Assembly: GCA_964016885.1 (NCBI GenBank)
Contig: OZ024753.1
Coordinates: 15,562,001-15,626,000 of the forward strand
Source: Eledone cirrhosa
Lineage: Eukaryota
DNA length: 64,000 nt
Reading direction: 5' to 3'
Below are positions 28,603-43,128 of this stretch, piece after piece; within the stretch, counting starts at the first letter, position 1, and each line of letters starts with the position of its first letter. Both the position numbers and the translations under genes were made by a program. Under the pieces are notes generated by a model, which worked only from the letters and a program-made list of their open reading frames with translations, was not told the origin of the DNA and did no database searches.

Positions 28603-28755
28603 ATATATAGTTATATATTTATTATAAAGAGTCGGGACACAACGGCTGAGCTCTTGCCGTTTCAACAGCTAGTTCCAGGGGGTCTGCAACTAGCTGTTGA
28701 TACGGCAAGAGCTCAGCCATCGGGTCCCGATTCTTTATATATATATATATATATT

Positions 28756-28801
<46 letters not shown>

Positions 28802-29797
28802 TAAAATAACAGATTAAAGTTTAAGCAAAGAATCGCTGCTTTCACCCTTAACGGAATCTTCTGAAACTAACAAAGTCAATCTGTAAACGCATAACTGGAT
28901 ATTTAAAAAACGTTGCAACCGGAGGAAGACAGGAAGACGATACTTTGGTTCGTGGAAACGTTCGCTGGCAAAGAACGGGAAAAAACGAATAAGATACGTC
29001 ATTAATAGGAGCGGTGAAAAACAATTACGCGCAAAGACAGAACCACGTTTATGGTATAAAAGAGGTCGTAGACTAATGTTCTCTTAGGTGGTGCATAGAG
29101 ACGTACTCTGGCAATGAACGAAAAAACGAAGATAATACGTCATATGTGCAGCGTGGAGAACAATAGCACGCAAAGACATAACCACGTAAATGGTATAGCA
29201 GAAGTCGTAGACTAAAATTCTAACAAGGAGACCAAATGAATCACCGCTACAGAGTTAAGAACAAAGTAAATAAATACAATACAGAAGTAATAGAAATAAA
29301 TAAATACATACACGCAAACAAATACGTACATACACAAGCATACGCAAAAACTTTCCATGGGTATAGAAAACCCCGCACATATAAATATGTGTGTGTGTGT
29401 ATGCGTGTATACAAATAAATAAATAATTATATAAACGTATATAAATAAATAAATACGTATATAACAAGCGCACACACATACCTTCATATAAACACACGAA
29501 TGTTCGGAGACGTAAGTCAACCAAAACATGAAGTACACATATACACACACCCGCCATACGTACGAACCTGCATACTCACACAGACGCAAAACTCCCGTAT
29601 ACACATAGCCAAACCATATGTACCAGAATATATAAAAATTATACGCCATACCAATCAAATATGCGTACGAGAAGGTATACGTACCTTCACAAAACATACG
29701 GGTAATATATACTTACCTATGCAAATAAGTAAAGGTATAAACAAAACATATACTAGGCTCCCACATCAAGACGTAAAATATCCACGTATAGATCGTA

Positions 29798-30395
29798 CTA
29801 TCCGTTAGGGTATAACGTGGGGCTGTAATACAGGAAAGTTTTGTGCAATTTATGTTTACAAGCCGAAATTGCCTCAGATTTTTTGTTTAAGATGTGGTCT
29901 GTGGCGTAGAGTATTTCCAGGGCCTCAGCGGCGCAGAGGTCACATGGTCTTTTATTTCCGTTATACGATCTAGCCCTAGCTAGGATCTCCCAGTGTAACT
30001 TATATTGGGTGTGGTTGTCTTTTAGACTCCAGATATAAGCTGAAAGTGACGTCATATTCCTTCTAAGAGGGTAACGAAAAGAATGGGTATGCATGTAAAG
30101 ACGCTGCTTGAAACTATTGGCGGTTAACCCTATGTAGGCCCTACGGGACGTGGGTGTTACAACCTTACATTTGTAGACAATGTTACTAGAGAGGCATTTC
30201 CCGGATAGGGGGCAATCAGCCCGATTCCTGCAATTACAGTTAGTACTAACTACAGGGTTGCACGTGTTTCTACGGCTAGGTAGTTTAGCTAAATTTGAAG
30301 CTGTGATGTTATGTGCAAGGTTAGGAGTCGTAGAGTAAGAAATTTTAATAGTATTTCTATTAAAAATTTTACTATGTTTATGTGTAGGGGGTTAA
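29798..30395 (-). pseudogene. Penelope-like retroelement fragment: linker plus GIY-YIG endonuclease
   Basis: Manual translation KIFNRNTIKISYS...CNCRNRADCPLSGKC...NIVYKC...AYIGLTANSFKQRLYMHTHSF...CDLCAAE...ILNKKSE...CKH. 5'-truncated at (TA)n. Confidence 0.88.
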
Positions 30396-30513
30396 ATTAA
30401 ACTTTAATCTGTTATTTTAATAAATATTTGCTCTACGGTTCTTATATATTTGATATATATTTATCCTTATCGAGGCCTCTTTGGATTTTAGTCTTCAAAT
30501 TTATTATTATTAC

Positions 30514-30570
30514 TATATATATATATATATATATTCTTTGTATATATATCTATATATATATATATATATT

Positions 30571-30639
<69 letters not shown>

Positions 30640-30731
30640 TTTATATATATATATATATATATATATATTCTTTATATATATATATATATATATATATATT
30701 CTTTATATATATATATATATATATATATATT

Positions 30732-30810
<79 letters not shown>

Positions 30811-30840
30811 TTTATATATATATATATATATATATATATT

Positions 30841-30888
<48 letters not shown>

Positions 30889-31028
30889 TCTTTATATATA
30901 TATATATATATTCTTTATATATATATATATATTCTTTATATATATATATTTATTCTTTATATATATATATATATTCTTTATATATATATAATATTCTTTA
31001 TATATATATATATATTTATTCTTTATAT

Positions 31029-31075
<47 letters not shown>

Positions 31076-31168
31076 TCTTTATATATATATATATATATTA
31101 ATTCTTTATATATATATTCTTTATATATATATATATATTAATTCTTTATATATTTATTCTTTATATAT

Positions 31169-31210
<42 letters not shown>
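30514..31210. repeat. (TA)n punctuated by TTCTT (compound microsatellite)
   Basis: About 30 TTCTTTA interruptions separated by variable TA runs. Confidence 0.93.
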
Positions 31211-31212
<2 letters not shown>

Positions 31213-31462
31213 CACACAGTGTGTATGCATATCTATATTATCACAAAGGTTCAATACAATATTTAATTACATATGTTTCATTCAAACTACAAAGGATGTT
31301 GCATTTAACTCTGAACTGTCACCTATCTGGATGTGGACAAAACTACTTTAAAGCTTCAAATAACTGAATGCCTTATATAGATGCAACATCAACTCATATA
31401 ATTTACCTTATATATATATATACACACACACACACATACACACACACATATATATATATATA

Positions 31463-31873
31463 TGGTGGCTGCCAACTCGTTTTCGAGTACGGCCACTACT
31501 TTATATCCATGTAGGAGAACCTCTACCGATGCGCTGAACGAGTGTGACTTTTTAGTCCAGCCAGCGACTTGAAAACTCTGGTACAAACACTACACTTGTG
31601 ACAATTATTGACACATAGTGCTGGGCCCATGGTACCATGTGACGACAAGTGCAGAGAGATCTCCAGATATAAAGCAATGCCTGTGCCGTGAAGCTTTTAT
31701 AGTGAGCAAAGGCACTGCACAAAGCCAGTCCCACTCTCTTAACCAAGATGATATTTACCAAAAGAAGAACAAGTCAACATCATTGGATACCATCAGGGTT
31801 GCAGGTGTTATATCAGAGTTTTCCTTCTCCTAGAATTCTGCCTTGACAAAGGCTAAGGGGTCATCTCTCCCGG
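31463..31873 (-). mobile_element. Non-coding retroposon family, copy 1 (others 38180-38645 +, 57854-58462 -)
   Basis: Three highly similar copies share one end (GGCAGCCACC then TA repeats) and differ in length at the other. Contain CTAGGAGAAGGAAAACTCTGA, reminiscent of RTE 5' UTRs. Confidence 0.7.
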
Positions 31874-33073
31874 ATATATATATATATATACATATATATA
31901 TACATACATATACATATACATATAAGGGTGGTGCCCCAGCATAGCCTCAACCGAATGGCTGGAACAGGTAAAAGAGTAAAAGAGTATATACATATATATA
32001 TACATATATATATACACAAATTTCGTTTTGTGTATGTCCATTCTCCCTCCACCCTCTCTTATATCTCCCCTTCTTTCCCACTCTCTTCTGTAATGTTCTG
32101 CTATATTTTTCCATTTCTATCTTTCTATTTCTCCCCCTCTTTCACAAAACTTTGCAATATATTTTACTCCATAGTCGTTAATTTATTATAAACCAGAATT
32201 AATTGCATTAATGAAAAGATACAAAAGACAATATGTATATATCTTAAGATGACTAAAACTTACAAATGCTGGTCTAAATGTAACCCTTTTGTTTCCAATC
32301 CAACATCAATAACCTGATTTTGAGTAAAAGTAGAATTTTCTTTTCAAGTCTTGTTATTTTAAAGAATATTTTGCATGTATTGCCATCTCAATTATTATAT
32401 TTCCCGTCAAAAGAAGCGACAGTTAACACAATATATTATCGCTTCTTGAATCTTTTTTTCTTTTGTCTATTTTCATTCAACGTTAAATATTTTCACAGTC
32501 TGTAATTTTAAAATTGTGTAAATGGCAGATATAAAATAAAAAAAAACGTACTCAATGCGACAGTAATTTCATTTTTGAATGAATATTAGTGTAATCACTT
32601 CAAGTTAGTTTCTGAAATTACTGAAACGAATAATTTCAATTTAGTGTAGTTTCTCATTAAATCATGTCGGTCAATAAGCATATGACTTGAACCATTTCCA
32701 GTAAACGTTATTGCAGTCTCTAGGCCGAACGATTAGAGTAAATATATAAGTATAACCAATTATAGAATATTTAAGAGAAGTCTGTGCTGAAATCCAACCA
32801 ACTCTCCGTTAAACTTCTATCGGTCAATCATCCTATGTGTAAATAGTTTAGAGACCAATCTTCTCAACACTACTAAAGTGGTATGAGCACAACTCAATTT
32901 TCTCACCACTAAACTTTAGTAGGTCGTAATTCTTTCACACCATCTCTTTGAAAAGACAAACTCTTTTATATCATTTTTTTATTTTTTCACCATTCAGTCA
33001 TTTCCGTATGTAGTTTATATTCTCGTATAAATAACGTTGTATTGCTGAATGCAATAAAAGGATTGCTTGAATA

Positions 33074-33325
33074 TTCTTCTTCTTCTTAGCGCACTTATTC
33101 CTGAGAAGGTCGTGGGGACAGTGTCCCGAAACACACTTTCCAGTGGGGCCTGTCAGAAGCAACTGTCTCCAACTGATCCAACTGGATCTCCAAGCGAGAC
33201 CAGCCAAGCTCCTGGATGTTATCCAACCATCTTGCTCACAGTCTACCTCTGGGTCTCTTGCCGGTTGGTTTTGTCCGTAAAATCTGTCCAACGATTCTTT
33301 CCTGAGACCTTCTAACCACATGCCT
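33074..33325 (-). mobile_element. 3' end of RTE-clade LINE with (AAG)n tail
   Basis: Translates to KPTGKRPRGR..RWLDNIQELGWSRLEI...ASDRPHW, a typical RTE ORF C-terminus. Confidence 0.7.
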
Positions 33326-33330
33326 GAATA

Positions 33331-33558
33331 TTAACCCTTTATCATTTACATTACTCCATATATACTATTGTATTTTCACGGTAAAGGCTTTATTTCACAT
33401 AATTATCTCCCATAATATCAAATCAACGAGATTTTGATATTATTAATTTGAGAATAATACCTTAACATAAGTGTGAGCAGCTGGTTACACCCAGTTTAAA
33501 CAGAAAGAGGCGAGAAAATTCTGGCCGGATACGGCCCGTTTAAATGCTAAGGTGTTAA
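33331..33558. mobile_element. piggyBac-like MITE
   Basis: TTAA-CCCTTTATCATTTA ... TAAATGCTAAGGTG-TTAA: imperfect TIRs with TTAA on both sides. Confidence 0.5.
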
Positions 33559-34670
33559 TAAACATAATTATGCTTTGTATTATCTTGATCAAATCTATAT
33601 ACTAATTTCAACGGTTCTGTCACAACACGTAAAGAGAGAGGTGTAGTTTGAATACCTCATACTACTCCCCTCTCTTTACATCTGCTGACTGCTTGAATGT
33701 CTGTGTGTAAAAGGAAGGAAGGGGGTGGTGAGAAAACTATAACAAAATAGTGGCTGGCGTTCCATTTGTTATGTGTGTATGTGTGTATATGTTTGTGTGA
33801 ATGTATGTGTGTCTATGTGAATCTATGTCCGAGTGTGTATTTTTGTAAGTGTGTCTGTGTTTACACGTTTATACTTATATACTCATACATATAAATGTAT
33901 GCATACGTACACACACACATACGCGTGCGCGTGTTAAAAAAAATCCTAGTAAAGAAAACAGAGAGGATGCCATTGGCGGTCCCACCTCTTTCTCTACCTT
34001 TATTTCCGTTTTCTTCGTTTCATTTTCTCTTTTTTGTTGTTGTTTTGTTCCCCTTAATAGTTTGTTTTATGTTGATATAACTAGAAACTATTTCGTCGAT
34101 CTGTGATCACAGTTATGGTTGAGTGATTAACAAAATATTAGAAAACGAATACAACAAACCGAAACCAACCAACAACCAGCAGACAATTAGCCAGCTACAA
34201 AAGTACAGCATTTAACACAGAGGTTCTCAAACTTTGGGGTTTACCCCACCCCCACGGCCATGTACTACCCTCAACGCCCCAACCCTATTTCCAGAGAGAC
34301 TTGTATACACACAAATTGTAAATAATATATAAATAAAATCGTTAATTAAAAAAGAAAATGTTCGCTCTACATGGCTGAATACAATAAATGTAATCTGAGT
34401 TTTACGAAAGTAGAAATGAACCCTTCATTCTACTGACATGGCTATAAAATTGAGGCTTGTTTGCATAATTGCAAACTAATCGAATGTTCATAGTTATGTC
34501 TCTTTACGGTCTGAGTTCAAATCCCGCCGAGGTTAAATTTGCCTTTCATCCTTACGGGGTCGATAAAATAAAGTACCAGTAATGTACTGGGTAATTGCTG
34601 GCCTTGTGCCAAAAGTAGAAACAATTATTAATATTCGAAAAATTCAGATTACAAATCGTTGATTGATATA

Positions 34671-35181
34671 TCTTCTATATATATAAAAGCGAGGATGTGT
34701 GTGTGTGTCTGTGGACAACTTTGGACAGCTAAGGCTTTTACAATTCCCAACCGAATTTGACAAAATTTTCTGTGCCCGTTGCACCTGTCGCACAGATGGT
34801 TACATCACAAAAATATTTCAAATCGACCCACGTTGGGCAATAAAAAAATCGATAGCAAAATTATTTTTTCTAAAGTGCATGATTTAAGGTAGAAATCAAT
34901 CAAAACAAAATCCTTATGGGACTTTCCATTCAAACTGTTGGGACCTACAACTTTTCAGCTGTAGCTTGCACATTTTTTTGTCACTCGCGACAAAATTGTA
35001 GGTGTTTATTCTCTGCACTACAACGCTCTTAAGCGTGCATCGATTTTCTTCTAAGTCACATGCCTATGTCAGCAAACCCATAAAAACTAAATCCTTATGG
35101 GATTTTCCATTCAATTTACTTCCTAGCTGTATATTCTTAGCATAATTTCAAACCCCGGGCAACGCCGGGTAAATCTGCTAG
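34671..35181 (+). mobile_element. Non-autonomous Helitron
   Basis: A|TCTTCTATATATATAAAA 5' end; 3' hairpin CCCGGGCAACGCCGGG followed by CTAG|T. Confidence 0.85.
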
Positions 35182-35484
35182 TAATAAACAGATCTAATTA
35201 TATACCCGACACTCTACCGATATCGCCGATCCATCTCCCTTAGAACTAAATAATTGTTTATACTTTAGGCACAAGACCAGCAATTTTAAGGGGAGGGGAA
35301 AGTCGATGAAATCGACACCAGTGCATTACTGGTACTTTATTTTATCGAGCTCGTAAGGATGAGCGGAAAAGCTAACCTCGGCAAAGCTAACCACGGTGGG
35401 ATTTGAACTCAGAACGTAAAGAGACATAACTATATGCCCGACACTCTACCGATAGCACCAATCCGTCTCCTTAGAATTAAATTA

Positions 35485-35657
35485 CCGTATTTCCCGGCGC
35501 CGAAGATGCTTCGTGTTCGAGGACGCACCCTAATTTTCACAACTAAAAATTTGAAAAAAGAAATAATAAACAACCTTCGACCTCCAGGACGCATGGTAGA
35601 TTTTTGAGACTTATTTTCGGGGAAAAAAAGTAGCGTCTTCTACGCCGAGAAATACGG
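35485..35657. mobile_element. Tc1/mariner (pogo/Tigger-like) MITE; second copy 43467-43635
   Basis: TIRs CCGTATTTCCCGGCG / CGCCGAGAAATACGG flanked by TA. Confidence 0.8.
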
Positions 35658-36161
35658 TAATAATAAAATATATACCTGTACCCGTGTAAGATCGAACCAC
35701 CAAGATGCATCAAGTCACACGTCATACCTACTTCACACAAAGGCAGCGAACTCGCACAACTTCCGCCATTTCGAAAAATCTACTTCCCTTACATCCTCCT
35801 CCTCCCGTCACACGTACAGGAACATATCCCTGGTCATGCTGTTACAATAAGTTCAGTCATGGCAAAAAGATATTAACGGATCCATTTAACACATCGTTTA
35901 GCGTCAATAGAGGTACACAATTCAAAGCAAGTAATGTAATATTTAATTCATACAGGATTTTCCACATCAAGTTCATATTTTATTGATCAAAGATAAATTA
36001 TTGTATCATTGTGTCAAATGACTGAATTTATTTCTCAACTTATTCTAACAACATCACTGAAACAGGAAATACATTGGATGTATATGTATGTATGAGAGTG
36101 TGTGTGTGTGAGTGTATGCGTGTATGTGTACATTTTAAATAAGAGTTACAAACGAGCATGC

Positions 36162-36192
<31 letters not shown>

Positions 36193-36281
36193 ATTTCTGT
36201 CGGAAAGATACAGGAACAAAAAGTGCTCTATGTAGGCTACAGAGCTTATTAGTTATGTAATAAACAACATAAGATAATAAT

Positions 36282-36342
36282 TTCATTTACCAGTGGTTTC
36301 TTGAAGGCAGATGTTATGTCTGTCTTCAGTCGTCAGAATGAA
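36282..36342 (-). ncRNA. Type I hammerhead ribozyme motif in a fold-back insertion (36245-36430)
   Basis: TTCATT-CTGACGA-C TGAAGACAGA...TCTGCCTTCA A-GAAA-CCACTGG-TA-AATGAA; GUA cleavage site. The inverted copy lacks stem II. Confidence 0.8.
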
Positions 36343-36499
36343 TAAATAACGTGTAGATGTTTTTTATTCATTCTGACGACTAAACCACTGGTAAATGAAA
36401 TAATGATCTTATGTTGTTTATTACATAACTATATATATATATATATGAGAAAATGTATGACCCCGACGGCAGAGCTCAAGCCGTCTCGACGGCCATTTC

Positions 36500-36545
<46 letters not shown>

Positions 36546-36701
36546 CTTGAGCGACCAGTTTGTCGGGTGCGATTCGGCACCGCTGGTGACAGCACGTGCT
36601 GTTTTAGCCATACGATGACGCCATCCCACTGACTGGGCGGGCAGGCCGATATATGTATATATATATACATATATATATATGTATGTATTTGTGTGTGTGT
36701 G

Positions 36702-36780
<79 letters not shown>

Positions 36781-37009
36781 CATTTTTTACTATAGGCACA
36801 AAGCCAGCAATTTGGGGAGGCGAAAGGCGATCCAATCGACCCCAGTGCGTTACTGGTACTTTATTTTACGACCCCTTAAGGATGACAGGCAAAGCTACCC
36901 TCGGCGGTATTTGAACTCAGAACATAAAGGGGTGTAACTATATACCATGAAGCATGGCGTCCGACGCTCTACCGATTCTGCCAATCCACTTAGGGCACTA
37001 TGTTTTGAC

Positions 37010-37560
37010 AAATGGCTTGGAAGGACCTTACAAACCCTGTATGGAGCTGCATGCAGCCAGCAAGGTGAGAGCTAGCGATGAGTTGGGCAACGAATTTGTA
37101 ATAAAAATGGGACTCCACCAAGGAACTGTCTTTATTCCTCTTCTGTTTATCGCTGTTTTTCAAGTTACAATAGAGACATTTCTAACTGGCTGACGAAAGG
37201 ACCGCTAGTATTACTGGTAAACTAGTCTTTGAAGCTGAGCTGTATAAGAATTAAGTGCGAAGCTACAGACACGGAAGAAAAACTTAGAATCTAAGGCCCT
37301 AAAATTAAACTTAACAAAGACTAAAGTCTTGATAATCAGTAAAGAAGGTTGGACTCTGGTCGGGGAAATATCCTTGTTCGATATGTCAATAAAAGGTGGG
37401 ATGAAATAAAGTGACTATAGTGCAATCTATGGGTGCAGATGTAGTGGAATGCCAGATAGCTTTGTGGAGAATGGAGAATGTGACAGCTGTAAAGGAGAAA
37501 TAAGTACTAAGAGGACACGTGAAATAAATTCTCTCAGTTGACTGGGAGCCTTGCTATAAG
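37010..37560 (+). pseudogene. Degenerate RTE-clade reverse transcriptase fragment
   Basis: SKVR...EFVIKMGLHQGTVFIPLLF resembles the RT motif GVHQGSVLSPLLF; stops and frameshifts downstream. Confidence 0.7.
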
Positions 37561-38018
37561 ACGATGACACGAAAATATAATCAGTACACTCTGAAAATTG
37601 GTGGAACTTATGTAAGCGAGATCCGGGCTATCCGATTATATACTGACGACCCATTCAACACGTGTCGGTATGTAAGTTAATGATGATGATCATGAAATAT
37701 ATGCTCACATATAGCCAGACAGCCAACAATGGCGACCACATCAAAATAATATTACACCTAAATATATGTCTGAAAACAACACACCCAATGATTATTACGC
37801 AATCACTTTGATGTCTTTGAAATGTGCATAACGTGATGTAATGAATAAATTGTGGATGTATACGTGATACCGTTTTCTTTTCTAAAAAATAAATCATACA
37901 CAAAACGCCAGCACCAACAGTTTTGCAAGAGATGTCAACATGAATGTTATTTTTATCTAAAGACATATTTTCCAATCCATCCCGCCCGTCCCCTCAATAT
38001 ATCTTATTTCTCATTCTC

Positions 38019-38054
38019 TCTTCCGATGAAGGACTAGCGTCCGAAACCTTAAGA
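38019..38054 (+). ncRNA. Minimal hammerhead motif (mutated copy)
   Basis: TCTT-CCGATGA-A-GGAC(TAGC)GTCC-GAAA-CC-TT-AAGA. Confidence 0.55.
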
Positions 38055-38179
38055 CCCTCTTCCTGCTATATCAAGCGTTAACATTGATATAGCATATACT
38101 GTAACGATTGTGTTGTTATTTCTGTTTACCCTTTACATACATATATATATATATATACTGTATATATACAGTATATATA

Positions 38180-38645
38180 CAAAACCTGTCAAAGGGCAAA
38201 GGAGCTCTTAAGAGTCAATGGCCATCCAAAATCACCGGGAGAGATGACCCCTTAGCTTTGTCAAGGCAGAATTCTAGGAGAAGGAAAACTCTGATATAAC
38301 ACCTGCAACCCTGATGGTATCCAATGATGTTGACTTGTTCTTCTTTTTGGTAAATATCATCTTGGTTAAGAGAGTGGGACTGGCTTTGTGCAGTGCCTTT
38401 GCTCACTATAAAAGCTTCACGGCACAGGCATTGCTTTATATCTGGAGATCTCTCTGCACTTGTCGTCACATGGTACCATGGGCCCAGCACTATGTGTCGA
38501 TAATTGTCACACGTGTAGTGTTTGTACCAGAGTTTTCAAGTCGCTGGCTGGACTAAAAAATCACACTCGTTCAGCGCATCGGTAGAGGTTCTCCTACATG
38601 GATATAAAGTAGTGGCCGTACTCGAAAACGAGTTGGCAGCCACCA
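38180..38645 (+). mobile_element. Non-coding retroposon family, copy 2
   Basis: Reverse complement of 31463-31873, extended at the 5' side. Confidence 0.7.
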
Positions 38646-38736
38646 TATATACAATATATATATACTGTATATATATATACTGTATATATACTGTATATGT
38701 ATATATGTTTATATATATACATATACTGTATATATA

Positions 38737-38795
<59 letters not shown>

Positions 38796-39038
38796 AATAA
38801 AGTTTCACCGAGAATCGCATTTCGGTGGGCAGGAAAGGAGAAGTGAAACGCAAAACTCAGAAATGATACTGGCAAAGTGCTGAATAGTTAAAAACCAGAG
38901 CTAAACAAAGTGTTAAGAAGCCATACAAAACTGAAAAGGTGGTCAAGAAGGCTTTAACCACCCAAGCCAAAAACCAAATCAAGCTAAACAGGTCAAAACA
39001 AAATAAATGATAACCAGACCTGGTTACATATATATATA

Positions 39039-39079
<41 letters not shown>

Positions 39080-39840
39080 AAATAACATGTTTATGCTTAT
39101 ACAGAATGACGGCTGTTAGAAATATGCCATTCTTCTAAAACAACAGTTGTGTTGTAAGCAATCTAAATATGTTCTTGTGTCTCCATTTTTAGAATACATC
39201 CAGACGTTTTGTGTCACTTGAAAACAATTTCATGTTAAGTCATGAACGATAACGCCAAACTATTAATTTGCTATGTCGTTTATCATTCATACAGTCGAAA
39301 CCTTATATTACAGAACGTATTTTTTTCAATAATGGAAAAAGAAATGCTTTTGATCTTAGAATAATAGAAGCTATGATGTACTTGCTTTCGTCAACTAATT
39401 GACATTTAAAAGTGTTAATTACGCTACATTTGAGGTTACTAACGAAATTATACCCCCTATGATCTTTTATACTAAGAGAGGGTTTACGTAAGTTTAAACA
39501 TTCAAATCTATCTATTCACCACATCTTTGTCGAGTTCTTTCGTAATTGTAAGTGGTACTGATATTGTTATACAATAATTTACACTATGTATTACTATTAG
39601 TTAGGTAAAGCTTCTTAGATTTGCCCGTCGATAAATATATATCATATAGATATATGCATATACGCATAGTTAATGTCATATGTGCATAGTTACATATATA
39701 TATGAAAAGATTCAGGACCCCGACTGCTGAGCTCCGGCCGTTTCGACCAGCTAAATCCGAGTACCCTGGTGGGTAATGGTGCACTCGGTATTTTACCACA
39801 CCCTGTCTGATTATATATATATATTGAAAGGATAACAAGG

Positions 39841-40104
39841 ACGATTGGTTACTCCTTCATTACATTTATTCGTAGGTGACGCGCGTTTCGCCACTGATCA
39901 GCTCAAGGTTCGATCTGTATCGATCTTACCCGACTCAATAATCGGCAGCTCGATGGACGCTTTAAAATGGCGAACCATTTCAAAGGGTCTGTCGAGCTGC
40001 CGATTATTGAGTCGGGTAAGATCGATACAGATCGAACCTTGAGCTGATCAGTGGCGAAAAGCGCGTCACCAACCAATAAATGTAATGAAGGAGTAACCAA
40101 TCGT
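39841..40104. repeat. Fold-back insertion, ~115-bp arms
   Basis: ORFs 39845+ and 39903- encode nearly the same peptide because the DNA is palindromic. Confidence 0.92.
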
Positions 40105-40212
40105 TTCAATATATTACACTCTGTATAGCTCTACACCTCAACACAGAAGGGAACCTAAACATCGAGTGCTCTCCCGGGTGAACCTGCAGTAACTCCAAGT
40201 TACACTCCCTAA

Positions 40213-40252
<40 letters not shown>

Positions 40253-40266
40253 GTAGAGAGAGAGAG

Positions 40267-40335
<69 letters not shown>

Positions 40336-40477
40336 ATGTTCGTTGTTTACCGACACCTCAATATGCAGATTGGAGCACTCGACGAAGTATGCAGGTTGGT
40401 TGTTTACTCGGGAGTAATGTAAAATAATTAAGTCAAATATGTAAAATTTGGCTTCGTTTATTATAAATTATAGATAT

Positions 40478-40534
40478 ACTGCTATATATGTGTTTCGGTG
40501 ACAGCCATCATTGTCTGCGAGCTCTTCAGGCAGT
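40478..40534 (-). ncRNA. Type I hammerhead motif
   Basis: ACTGC-CTGAAGA-[..GACAATGATGGCTGTC..]-GAAA-CACATATA-TA-GCAGT. Confidence 0.65.
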
Positions 40535-40649
40535 CCGAATTGGTGTGGAAAAGACAGGTACACATGTTGTTGAAGTGTGTTTTACTCCGTCAATACATCG
40601 ATATGTCAAGCTCCTGGTTGTGTTGTTATTCTTCTGAGGAACTGGAATC

Positions 40650-40750
<101 letters not shown>

Positions 40751-41327
40751 TTTCAGAAAATGTTGCTTATAAGTAGTTGTTACGTCGTAACTTCTTATGT
40801 TTATTATGAGTGTCGGAGTATTATAAACGAACTCCAACCAAAATTAAACAGAAAACATGAGTGGAATAGCAACATCACAACTAGTAAATAAGACACACAG
40901 ACACACACAAAAACCAAACTAATAAAACAAATCAGACACACAGAGATAGAACACACAACCAACTAGTGACAAGTAAATGAACACATAAATAACTAAATAA
41001 ACACACACACCGGGGTGTAACGCTTGCGCAAACCAAGCACAGAACACACAAAAATAACGTTGTGTAAGACAGACCAAAGGAGAGATACAAAATAAAAATC
41101 CAGTCACTGGGGAGGTCACAGAATGTGTGACGAAAATTCTTGGATAATATTTAAATAAACAACCATCCGGTTATCGAACAACGAAATTTCTATACATATT
41201 TGTATAAAGCTATCCTATTTTTTTTCTATTATAAGTTGATCCAACTTATGCAGCTTCATATGCAAATGAGATTAATCACCTCATTAACACAGACGAGAAA
41301 ACTATATATTCGCAAGCGGTGGGAGGG

Positions 41328-41371
41328 ACCGTCCTGAGTAAGGCCAGTCAAGCCTGAAATGCATAAACGGT
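41328..41371 (+). ncRNA. Degenerate hammerhead motif (G8U)
   Basis: ACCGTC-CTGAGTA-AGGC(CAGTCAA)GCCT-GAAA-TGCA-TA-AACGGT; palindromic stem III. Confidence 0.5.
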
Positions 41372-41514
41372 TGTCCCCCTTGCTTCTGTTGGACACCACC
41401 AGAGGGCGTTAGTCCCGGTGTTTGCATAGCAACGGCTTCCTAAAACCGTGTTTCTTTAGAAATACGAAATTTCTATACATATTTGAATAAAGCTATGCTG
41501 AAAGCGAAAACATT

Positions 41515-41547
<33 letters not shown>

Positions 41548-41736
41548 ACGAAGGACATGTTGTAAGGAACCAGGTGGACCATAACGCACCAAAGTACTCA
41601 ATACTTGGGGTAGTAGAGTGGGTAATAGGAACCAGTAAGACCCCGACGGCTGAGCTCAAGCCGTTTCGACGGCTAATTCTGGACTCCAGAATAAGCCGTC
41701 GAAACGGCTTGAGCTCAGCCGTCGGGGTCTTACTGG

Positions 41737-41792
<56 letters not shown>

Positions 41793-41999
41793 AAAACAAT
41801 ATATATAGTGTATAACAATATATATAATATTAAACATCACAGTTGTCAGGGAATATTTTAAAACATCATACACTCCGTGTGTAGTCGACAAAAAGGATGT
41901 ACAATTATTATAATATGGATTTGACGTCAATATATCATACATCTGCTGTGGACAGATATTCATAAATATTTTAATATAATGGAAAATTATTTGTCAATC

Positions 42000-42094
<95 letters not shown>

Positions 42095-42201
42095 GTGTTT
42101 ATTACGCATTTACAACACTCTGGACTATAGAACATTACATAAGGAAACGACCTGTATTCTAAGATCACTGCGTCATCAGATGTGCAAATATATAATCACA
42201 T

Positions 42202-42232
<31 letters not shown>

Positions 42233-42233
42233 C

Positions 42234-42300
<67 letters not shown>

Positions 42301-42735
42301 CATATCTGTATGTGTGTGTGGGTATGTAAATATATGTGTCTGTGTGTATATATATAATGTGTGTGTTTATATATATATATGTGTGTGTGTGTATATAAAT
42401 ATATGTGTGTGTATATATGTCTGTGGGGGGGGGGGTATAGTTTAGTAGTACCTAACACAAACAGACAAGGCTAGGATGGTAAAGGATTAGAGAAATACAT
42501 ACTTTGATCTCCAAAAACAGTCGTAATATTTCTAAACCCATTAACAAATGAAATAAAATCGATAAATTGAATTTGAAGACAACGAAATCTTAAAATACAC
42601 ACCTATATATCAGTGAAGTTAATGGATTGACAAACATAATTACCACACACACACATACATACACATACATATATAGGCATATGCTACCAATGTATAACTA
42701 TATATATGTGTGTGTGTGTGTGTGCTGCCAATGCA

Positions 42736-43128
42736 CGAGGGTAATCCCAAAAGTAAGGTCTCCAAAGCGATGGGGACGCAGAGAAACTGTTCGTATGGCT
42801 GTTGGCAACACTGTTGTGATTGGTGCTCCCTTCACTCCCAAACAAGCATGCGCGGGCTTCGCTGGGATGCTCAATCTTGGCTTGACAGCCGTTGAGAATG
42901 GAGCTCCCGTTTAACGCTACCACCAAGTGCGAATTTCGTGTAGTTATTATATACGAGGGCAATCCCAAAATTAAGGTCTCCTTCCGAGGAAAACATGTGT
43001 AAAGATCGGCGGATCACTCTGGATGCTCTCTCATTTTGGTTCCTGGGGTGTCCCGAAGCACCATCCACAGGATTTTAACGGAAAAGTTGCAATATCGGAA
43101 GGAGACCTTACTTTTGGGATTGCCCTCG
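42736..43128 (+). mobile_element. Internally deleted mariner element with an extra left TIR at 42954
   Basis: TIR CGAGGG(T/C)AATCCCAAAA(G/T)TAAGGTCTCC, inverted copy at 43101-43128 followed by TA. Transposase-like remnants (NATTKCEFR; KDRRITLDALS). Confidence 0.75.
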
